Part shown: positions 8,814 through 16,377 of the stretch, in pieces
How the letters are laid out: each line of letters starts with the position of its first letter
How positions within the stretch are numbered: position 1 is the first letter of the stretch
Origin: an uncultured delta proteobacterium
GTDB taxonomy: Bacteria > Desulfobacterota > Binatia > UBA9968
NCBI GenBank assembly: GCA_963840855.1
Contig: CAWJBB010000046.1
Span: 1-64,000 of the forward strand
Reading direction: 5' to 3'
DNA: 64,000 bases
Made by a program: the position numbers and the translations under genes
The notes under the pieces: generated by a model
Told to the model about the DNA's origin: nothing
The model's database searches: none
The model's input: only the letters and a program-made list of their open reading frames with translations

Positions 8814-10754
8814 ATGGCGCAGCTGACGTATCCAGGTGTCTACGTTGAAGAGGTTCCCAGCGGGGTACGACCCATCGCTGCGGCAAGCACCTCCATCGCG
8901 GCGTTCATCGGTATGGCAGAAAGAGGCACCGTGGGCGAGGCGGTGAAGGTCTTTAATTTCACCGAATATCAAAACCGCTACGGAGGGTTCCTCCCGGGCT
9001 CTTTTCTGAGTCACGCCGTCTATCAATTTTTCAACAACGGTGGAACCCAGTGTTACATCGTGCGTGTTGCAGGTGCGAATGCCGCTACCGCCAATATCGT
9101 TCTGCGCGATCGGGCGGCAACGAACCCGCAGGCAAGCCTCACGATCTTCGCTAGCAGTCCAGGGGTATGGGGCAACCAGTTGGCTGTGGTGATCGCCAAT
9201 GGGACCAACGACTCGGTCAACGAGTTTAATCTGGCGGTGTTCCGGCAAGATGAGTTGACCCCTTTGGAGCGCTTCGACAACTTGAGTATGGTTCCAGGCG
9301 CCCAGAACTTCGTCGAGACCGCCACTGCATCCTCACGCTATATCCGGGTAACTATCAACGCCGCGAACACCAACGCACAAGCGGGAACCAGTCGCGGCGC
9401 GGCGGCGCCGCTGGCATTGGTGAACCCAAGGACCCGGTTCCGCATCAATATCAACGGTGACGGGTATCAAGAAGTTGACCTCCAGGCCGCCGTACCCAAT
9501 CCAGCGCCAGATCTAAACTCGGCGGCGAACCTCGCTACCGCCATCCAGGCGCAGGTACGTGCACTGACGAAACTCCGCACCTCGACCAATCAAAATGCCT
9601 TCGCGAATTTTCTCTGCCAGGTCAACAATGGGGTGCTACTCCTCACGTCAGGGATGGCGAGCGTCGCTTCGTCGGTCAAGGTCGCTCTTGCCGCCAATAC
9701 CAGCCAGGATGCCACCGGGCTGCTGCGTTTGGGGCTGCACAACGGCGGTATAGAAACTCTTGGCGCGACGGTCCTCCGTCCGCAGAATAATCCTCCCCGT
9801 ACCCCACCCGATAACTACTTTTTTGTCGGTGATAATAGCGCCCCTACCGCTGAGGTCGTTTCTGTCACAGCGGGATCGGAGGGGAGTGCGATCACCACCG
9901 ATCAGCCGTACATCGATGCGTTTTCCAAGTTGGATGACAAGGAAGATGTAAGCTTGATTACTGTTCCTGGGATTGGGTCGGCTGGACTGGTAGGCGCGGG
10001 GATGAACTACTGCGCCAATCGCTCGCTCAGTGATTGCTTCTTCATCGGTGACATGACTCAAACTGACGATACAGTCGAAGAAGCGAAAAATTTTCGCAAC
10101 GCGATTACTCCGAAAAACTCGTATGGCGCTATCTACGCGCCCTGGGTGCAGATGCTCGACCCCACCGGCCGCTCATCGACGCCCATCCTTGTTCCGCCTT
10201 CGGGGTTCGTGGCCGGGTTGTATGCCAAGACCGACGGGCAGCGTGGAGTATGGAAAGCGGCAGCGGGAACGAGCGCTGCACTGGGCGGCAGTGTCGGGTT
10301 GGCAGTCAACCTGACCGATACACAGCAGGGCAACCTGAACCCGTTGAACGTCAACGTCCTTCGGCAGTTTGCTGGATCAGGCATTGTATTGTGGGGTGCG
10401 CGCACAGTGACATCCGATCCGGCCTGGAACTACATTCCCGTGCGCCGCATGGCGATCTTCCTACGGGTCAGCATCTATCGCGGCATTCAGTGGGCCGTGT
10501 TTGAGCCAAACGACGAAGATCTGTGGTCGTCCCTCCGCCTCAATATCGGCTCGTTCATGATGAACTTATTCCGCCAGGGCGCGTTTCAGGGAGCCACGCC
10601 GGCGCAAGCCTTTTTTGTCAAGTGTGACAATGAAACCACCACACAGGCTGAGATCGATGCGGGAATCGTCAACGTGTTGGTCGGCTTTGCACCGCTGCGG
10701 CCGGCGGAATTCGTCGTGGTCAAGATCAGCCAGAAGGTCGGTCAGACTGCCTAG
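8814..10754 (+). CDS. contractile tail sheath protein (Afp2/3/4-like)
   Basis: YPGVYVEEVPSG, PPSGFVAG, RGVWKA, LWGART, YIPVRR, WAVFEPND and GFAPLRPAEFVV motifs. Confidence 0.95.
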   Translation: MAQLTYPGVYVEEVPSGVRPIAAASTSIAAFIGMAERGTVGEAVKVFNFTEYQNRYGGFLPGSFLSHAVYQFFNNGGTQCYIVRVAGANAATANIVLRDRAATNPQASLTIFASSPGVWGNQLAVVIANGTNDSVNEFNLAVFRQDELTPLERFDNLSMVPGAQNFVETATASSRYIRVTINAANTNAQAGTSRGAAAPLALVNPRTRFRININGDGYQEVDLQAAVPNPAPDLNSAANLATAIQAQVRALTKLRTSTNQNAFANFLCQVNNGVLLLTSGMASVASSVKVALAANTSQDATGLLRLGLHNGGIETLGATVLRPQNNPPRTPPDNYFFVGDNSAPTAEVVSVTAGSEGSAITTDQPYIDAFSKLDDKEDVSLITVPGIGSAGLVGAGMNYCANRSLSDCFFIGDMTQTDDTVEEAKNFRNAITPKNSYGAIYAPWVQMLDPTGRSSTPILVPPSGFVAGLYAKTDGQRGVWKAAAGTSAALGGSVGLAVNLTDTQQGNLNPLNVNVLRQFAGSGIVLWGARTVTSDPAWNYIPVRRMAIFLRVSIYRGIQWAVFEPNDEDLWSSLRLNIGSFMMNLFRQGAFQGATPAQAFFVKCDNETTTQAEIDAGIVNVLVGFAPLRPAEFVVVKISQKVGQTA

Positions 10755-10785
10755 ATCCCGCTATCTGACTCAGAGGAGGAGCCCC

Positions 10786-11286
10786 ATGGCACGATTCACA
10801 GTTAATTCCTATCGGTTCGATCCCTACCGTAACTTCAAGTTCAAGATCAAATGGGACAATCAGTACGTGGCGGGTCTGAACAAATGTAGCGCCTTGCACA
10901 AGACCACGGAAATGACCGAATGGCGCGAAGCGGGCGATCCCAGCACTAGCCGCAAGCTGCCCGGCAAGACCACGTACGAGGCGATTACCCTCGAAGCCGG
11001 TGTTACACACGATACGGCGTTCGAAGCCTGGGCGAATCTGGTGAACAACTTTCAAGGTGACGCGGCCATGTCGCTGCGCAATTTTCGCAAGGATATGACT
11101 ATCGATGTGTTCAACCTCGCCGGGCAAAAAGTGTTGTCCTACAACGTCTACCGCTGCTGGGTGTCAGACTATCAAGCGCTTCCAGAACTCGATGCAGCTG
11201 GCAATGCGGTGATGATTCAAACCATCAAGCTCGAAAATGAGGGCTGGGAACGCGACACAGCGGTGGTCGAACCAACCGAGAGATAA
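10786..11286 (+). CDS. tail tube protein (gp19/Afp1/5-like)
   Basis: RFDPYRNFKF, EWREAGD, RKLPGKT.YEAITLE.GVT and LPELDA motifs; GAGGAG RBS. Confidence 0.95.
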   Translation: MARFTVNSYRFDPYRNFKFKIKWDNQYVAGLNKCSALHKTTEMTEWREAGDPSTSRKLPGKTTYEAITLEAGVTHDTAFEAWANLVNNFQGDAAMSLRNFRKDMTIDVFNLAGQKVLSYNVYRCWVSDYQALPELDAAGNAVMIQTIKLENEGWERDTAVVEPTER

Positions 11287-11297
11287 AACAGGGATGG

Positions 11298-12212
11298 GTG
11301 AGTGAAGTGAGCACTCACGCAACTTTTCTTCTCCCAGGTGGTTATCGAGATCCCGGTGGAGAACTGCATCACGAGATAGAACTCGAACCGTTGAGTGGGC
11401 GTGAGGAGGAACTCCTTGCTGACTGCGAACCATCAACCAGAGCCACATTCTTGACGATGCTCCTCACCCGCTGTGTACACCGTATTGGACCAGTCAGCCC
11501 GATTTCGAGTGACATGGTTCGTAGCCTCCTGATTGCAGACCGTCACTATCTCTTACTCAAGCTACGGGAAGCAACTTTTGGAGATCACGTGCAAGCGACC
11601 GTCCAGTGCCCTTGGGAAGCGTGTCGGAAAAAAGTGGACATTGACTTTTCTCTTCATGATATCCCCGTGCGCGAGTCCGAAGAGAAAGGGCCGCTGTACA
11701 CGAGGGAACTCTCGCCAGAGGCAGCTTTCACTAACGAGCACGGAGAACCATACCGAGAGGTGGTGTTTCGGCTTCCCAACGGCGAGGATCAAGAAGCGAT
11801 TGCACATATGGTTGAAGAAAATGAGGCCAAGGCTCTCGCTTTGCTGCTGGCGCGGTGTATTTGCCGTCTTGGTTCCCTACAGGATCCCGGACCTGAGGTC
11901 ATCGATCGGTTGTCTTCACTCGCCCGCGCGGAAATTGAACGACACATGGAAGTGGCGGCGCCTCACGTCGACTTTACCCTGGCGGCGCGCTGCCCGGAGT
12001 GCGACCGTGAGTTTACCGTGCCTTTTGACTTGCAGGAGTTCTTTCTTGCCGAGTGTCAAACGAGTCGTGAGCTTCTCTATCGTGAGGTGCATTACCTTGC
12101 CTATCACTACCATTGGAGTGAACAAGAAATCCTGGCGCTGACTCGGGAAAAACGGCGGAAATATATCGCTATTCTCGCGGAAGAGCAGCGGAGAGTGAGC
12201 CATGCCATCTGA
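11298..12212 (+). CDS. eCIS baseplate/tail-assembly-chaperone-like protein with two internal repeats and C-terminal DUF6760-like segment
   Basis: LPGGY..., IADRHYLLLKLR.ATFG, two Cys pairs (CPWEAC, CPEC), YREVHYLAYHYHWSEQEIL. Confidence 0.7.
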   Translation: MSEVSTHATFLLPGGYRDPGGELHHEIELEPLSGREEELLADCEPSTRATFLTMLLTRCVHRIGPVSPISSDMVRSLLIADRHYLLLKLREATFGDHVQATVQCPWEACRKKVDIDFSLHDIPVRESEEKGPLYTRELSPEAAFTNEHGEPYREVVFRLPNGEDQEAIAHMVEENEAKALALLLARCICRLGSLQDPGPEVIDRLSSLARAEIERHMEVAAPHVDFTLAARCPECDREFTVPFDLQEFFLAECQTSRELLYREVHYLAYHYHWSEQEILALTREKRRKYIAILAEEQRRVSHAI

Positions 12213-13149
12213 GCCACTTCCTCCGCATAGTCAAAGCATCACCCGTCAGGGGCCTCCAGAGACGCTCCAGCACCCGCCCTCCAGGGGCGGCGTGAGGATG
12301 TTATTAGGGCTCCCGTTTAGTGGCAGCGGCGCCCTCTCCATGGTTGCCTCAACCGTGCCGGCAGGCCGAAATCGTTATGGCCAGTCGCCACTGCCAGCGC
12401 CCGAGGAGAGCACTGAGAGTTTCGCGGAAACACCAGCAGGTGAAGAAGTTATCGACGAGACGGATACACCGAGGAATTTCCCTCGGACGCCGTTACGCGA
12501 CGGCGCTCCGTTTTCACGAGCTATGCGGGAGAATGCTGCGGATGCGCGCTCAACTCTTACGGAACCGTCGGTAGAGGATCGTGAGCAGATACGCCTGGTC
12601 ATTCCTGGAGTCTCGACACACAGAACCGCTTTTCCGACTTTATCCCAGACCGTGGACATTCAGAGGAACAGCGTGGAGGGAGAACAGCGGGACACAATCC
12701 CGCCACAGGCCGCGCGGCTCAATGCTCCGGTCTCAATGACTCGTGCACGCGAGATGACAGGGTCGGACGTCGAGTTGCTGACCAGACTGGAACAACTCGT
12801 CACACAAGGTGTGAAGGCGCAGAAGAGTTCGGAGGCGCGCTCCAGATCGTCAGCGACGCTCTCACCTGGCCCTCTTGAGCCAATGAGCATGCAGAACGGA
12901 CAGCGAGGCGGTCAAGACCTGGCTCAGCGTTTCGAACAGCTGCAACGAACGGTGCGTGATTTAGCTGCGACCGTCTCGTCGCAGAGGGCGAGGAACCGAA
13001 ACGAAAGCCAAGCCCAGCGGAGCGAACCGAAGACGCCGCCACTGCAACGCACGGTGATCATTAAACATTCGGAGGCGTCGTCCACAGCACCACGGGCGTT
13101 TTGGGAACGCAGTCGACTCGGGCGTTTTTGTCTCAAAACCAGGCGATGA
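12202..13149 (+). CDS. hypothetical low-complexity/coiled-coil eCIS protein
   Basis: 315-aa ORF overlapping the upstream gene inside the operon. Confidence 0.6.
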   Translation: MPSEPLPPHSQSITRQGPPETLQHPPSRGGVRMLLGLPFSGSGALSMVASTVPAGRNRYGQSPLPAPEESTESFAETPAGEEVIDETDTPRNFPRTPLRDGAPFSRAMRENAADARSTLTEPSVEDREQIRLVIPGVSTHRTAFPTLSQTVDIQRNSVEGEQRDTIPPQAARLNAPVSMTRAREMTGSDVELLTRLEQLVTQGVKAQKSSEARSRSSATLSPGPLEPMSMQNGQRGGQDLAQRFEQLQRTVRDLAATVSSQRARNRNESQAQRSEPKTPPLQRTVIIKHSEASSTAPRAFWERSRLGRFCLKTRR

Positions 13150-13161
13150 AGGCACAACGGT

Positions 13162-14001
13162 ATGAGCGCCTCAACCGCTATAGGCATGGTGAGTGAATCT
13201 TTACGTAACCTCTTGTTGGAACCGATGAAGAAATTCACCCCGTCGGTGAAGGTAACAATTCTCGCGCCGGATGAGACCGGGGGTGACCCACCGAGGATAA
13301 ATTTGTTCCTGTATCGCATTCTAGAAAACTCCGCCCTCAAAAACCTCGATTGGCAAGTGAAACGAGGCGAGCCCTCGCGGATTGCGCCGCCGCCCTTGTC
13401 ATTAAATCTCTATTACGTCATGACGCCCTACGCACAAACCGTTTCAGAGACGGGGAACGCCACGAGCCATGCGATTCTCGGCGAGGCCATGCGGGTCTTT
13501 CATGAACATGCGGTCGTCCCCCAGAACGCGCTTGTTGAAGGCCTGCAAGACGCCGAGGAGCAGATCAAAATTATGCTGAATCCGTTGGACCCGGATGAAC
13601 TCGGCCGGGTGTGGACCACTTTTTCGCAGCCCTTTCGTCTCTCTGTGATGTACGAAGTTTCCGTTGTCCAGTTGGAGGTGAGCAGTGAACGACCCATGAG
13701 CAAACGAGTCCAGAGGATTGGTGTGCCGGATATCCGTGCGCCTTTTCGTCCACCCGTCGTGGAACGGCTGACCCCTCTCGGCGGTCCGCTGGGCACGCAA
13801 ATTACCGTAAGCGGTCAACATCTCGCGGGATGGCCCGCTTCTCTGAGCATCACCGGCCAAAAGATCATCGACGGCGCTGAACTCGATGGCGATACGATGA
13901 CGGCGACCATTCCCGCCGGGCTCGCTCCTGGGTTCCATGAAATCCAGGTGGACATCGCCCACCTACACCGACGCGTTTTCTTTTTTGAGGTGTCTGTATG
14001 A
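13162..14001 (+). CDS. DUF4255/Pvc16 (Afp16) tail terminator-like protein with C-terminal IPT/TIG-like domain
   Basis: AIGMVSESLRNLL, RINLFLY, PPLSLNLYY, WTTFSQPFRLSVMYEVSVV motifs. Confidence 0.9.
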   Translation: MSASTAIGMVSESLRNLLLEPMKKFTPSVKVTILAPDETGGDPPRINLFLYRILENSALKNLDWQVKRGEPSRIAPPPLSLNLYYVMTPYAQTVSETGNATSHAILGEAMRVFHEHAVVPQNALVEGLQDAEEQIKIMLNPLDPDELGRVWTTFSQPFRLSVMYEVSVVQLEVSSERPMSKRVQRIGVPDIRAPFRPPVVERLTPLGGPLGTQITVSGQHLAGWPASLSITGQKIIDGAELDGDTMTATIPAGLAPGFHEIQVDIAHLHRRVFFFEVSV

Positions 14002-16208
14002 TGTCAAAGCAAAAAGGACAACCGGCGCAGCACGCCTTTTATCAGGATAGCGTAGCGCACCTGGTCGATGAGCTTCGAAGACTGGATATGCTCATCCGGC
14101 GACACATTGCGACCGTCCGTCCGCAGCGACTGGCTGGGCAGGGCATGATGGCCTCCAAAGGGGTCTATATCACGCATGAAGAAGTGGATGCTCTACTGGA
14201 CCAAGAAAGCGCGGGTGACACCCACCCGCATGCGTTGGCCTCCGATCACCTTGACACCACTATTGCCGACAAAATCACCGCGAGCGCCAAAGAGGGAATT
14301 TTCCTGTCGCTGCCCTACGTAGCACAGCTCTTTTCGTTGTCTTCGTTCGAAGTGCAAACCCTCATCGTGTGTGTGGCTCCGGAACTGCGACGTAAGTACG
14401 ATACGCTCTATGCGTACCTCCAAGATGACATTACCCGCAAAAGGCCGAGTGTCGATTTAATCTTGGATCTCCTCTGCGCCTCCGAAGCCGAACGGTGGCG
14501 CGCCCGCACGGCGCTGTTCTCCGACCAGGCGCCGTTATTTCGCCACGGCATTCTCCATAGGGTAGAAGACCCCCGCAGTCCCGCCGGCTCGAGCGGTCTG
14601 GCGCAATTCTTACAGCTCGACCAGCGCATGCTTCACTATCTTTTGGAGAATGATGCAGTTAACCCACGTCTCGCCGGATACGCCACGCTACTGCTTCCTT
14701 CATTGACCCTTGAGCAGGTTCTGGTTGATCCGACGCTCAAAACCCGCTTGGTGAACTTATGCCAACGGTGGTTTTCTCAACCATCACCTGGACGGCAACC
14801 CTTCGTCTTTTATTTCCAGGGACCCCATGGCGTCGGCAAGCACGACCTGGCGATGGGTCTGTGTGCGCAGTGGGGCCGGCCCCTCCTGTACGTCGATATG
14901 CAACTCCTGCTTGCTCGTGAGCCGGAAGTAGCGGCGGCGTTGCGGTTGGTATTCCGTGAGGGACTCTTGTGGGACGCTGCGATCTATCTCAACGGTTGCG
15001 ATGCGCTATTGCAAGAAGACGTAAAGGCCAAAGCCTGGGTGAAAACGCTCGCGCGGATGGTGGACGAGTATGGTCAACTCACCTTTCTGGCGGGAGGACT
15101 CCCTTGGTCACTGCAGGGAGTTTTTGATCAGGACAGCTTCTGTGCCGTGGAACTGGCGATGCCCGACGTGTCTCTCCGAGAGACCGCGTGGCAGCGTGCG
15201 CTGCAACGTTTCCCCTTAAATGGTGCGCAATCCTGGGCCGGCGAACTGGCGAGTCAGTTTCGTTTGACGCCAGGGCAGATTCAGGAAGCCGCCGCCTGGG
15301 TCGTACAACAGCGGGCGATGGCGAGCGACGAAGCAGACGTGACACGCGCCGAGCTGTACGCCGCCTGTCGCAAACAATCGCACCACAAATTAGCGGAGCT
15401 GGCCGTCAAGATCGAACCGCACTACCAGTGGGACGACCTCGTGCTTCCCATCGACAAACGAGAGCAGCTTAGAAATCTCTGCAGCCAGGTTGCGCATCGC
15501 CACCGCGTCTTTGGTGACTGGGGGTTTGGGCGCAAGCTCGCCCATGGCCGCGGGATCAGCGCGCTCTTCTCGGGACCATCGGGCACGGGCAAGACCATGG
15601 CCGCCGAAGTCATCGCGCATGAGTTGCAGCTCGATCTGTACAAGATCGATCTCTCCGGCGTCGTCAATAAATATATTGGCGAGACCGAGAAGAACCTGGC
15701 CAAGATCTTCCACGAAGCCGAAGCGAGCAATGCCATCCTCTTCTTCGATGAAGCTGACGCGCTCTTTGGCAAACGCACGAAAATCTCCGACGCCCACGAC
15801 CGCTATGCCAACATTGAGACGAGTTATCTGCTGCAACGCGTGGAGGCGTATGAGGGCGTCGTGATTCTCGCCACCAACCTGCGCGAGAACATGGATGAGG
15901 CGTTTACCCGGCGAATCAAGTTTATCGTCGACTTCCCGTTCCCCGATGTCACAAGCCGTAAAGCAATCTGGCAGGTGCACTTCCCACGTGAGGCGCCGGT
16001 GAGCGATGACCTCGATTACGACTGGCTCGCCCAGCGGTTACAGATCACCGGCGGCAACATCAAGAACATTGTCCTCAACGCCGCATTTTTTGCCGCCGCT
16101 GACGGCGGGGTGATCGGGATGGAGCATATTCTGCGCGGCGCCCGAGGCGAGTTCGAGAAGATTGGCAAACTGTGGAACGACAAGGACTTTGTCCAACTAC
16201 AACGCTAA
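13998..16208 (+). CDS. eCIS AAA+ ATPase (Afp15/Pvc15-like)
   Basis: LYAYLQDD.TRKRPS, WDDLVLP, GPSGTGKT, KYIGETEKNL, FFDEADALFGKR and DAHDRYAN motifs. Confidence 0.95.
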   Translation: MMSKQKGQPAQHAFYQDSVAHLVDELRRLDMLIRRHIATVRPQRLAGQGMMASKGVYITHEEVDALLDQESAGDTHPHALASDHLDTTIADKITASAKEGIFLSLPYVAQLFSLSSFEVQTLIVCVAPELRRKYDTLYAYLQDDITRKRPSVDLILDLLCASEAERWRARTALFSDQAPLFRHGILHRVEDPRSPAGSSGLAQFLQLDQRMLHYLLENDAVNPRLAGYATLLLPSLTLEQVLVDPTLKTRLVNLCQRWFSQPSPGRQPFVFYFQGPHGVGKHDLAMGLCAQWGRPLLYVDMQLLLAREPEVAAALRLVFREGLLWDAAIYLNGCDALLQEDVKAKAWVKTLARMVDEYGQLTFLAGGLPWSLQGVFDQDSFCAVELAMPDVSLRETAWQRALQRFPLNGAQSWAGELASQFRLTPGQIQEAAAWVVQQRAMASDEADVTRAELYAACRKQSHHKLAELAVKIEPHYQWDDLVLPIDKREQLRNLCSQVAHRHRVFGDWGFGRKLAHGRGISALFSGPSGTGKTMAAEVIAHELQLDLYKIDLSGVVNKYIGETEKNLAKIFHEAEASNAILFFDEADALFGKRTKISDAHDRYANIETSYLLQRVEAYEGVVILATNLRENMDEAFTRRIKFIVDFPFPDVTSRKAIWQVHFPREAPVSDDLDYDWLAQRLQITGGNIKNIVLNAAFFAAADGGVIGMEHILRGARGEFEKIGKLWNDKDFVQLQR

Positions 16209-16246
16209 ACCGAACCACGGGACATTCGTACATGGCGCTTACTGTG

Positions 16247-16332
16247 AAATCCTCCCTATCCCTCCTTTTCCAAAGGAGGGGATCCAAAAGCTCCCTTTTG
16301 CAAAGGGGGCCGTGCGCAGCGCGGGGGGATTT
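16247..16332. repeat. REP-like palindromic element (AAATCCCCC ... CCCTTT-N-AAAGGGGG ... GGGGGATTT family)
   Basis: Terminal inverted repeats plus two internal hairpins; related copy at 27275-27354. Confidence 0.7.
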
Positions 16333-16377
16333 GTCAGGGACTGTGCTTATCTTTTGTGATCTGATTTAGGAAGCTCT

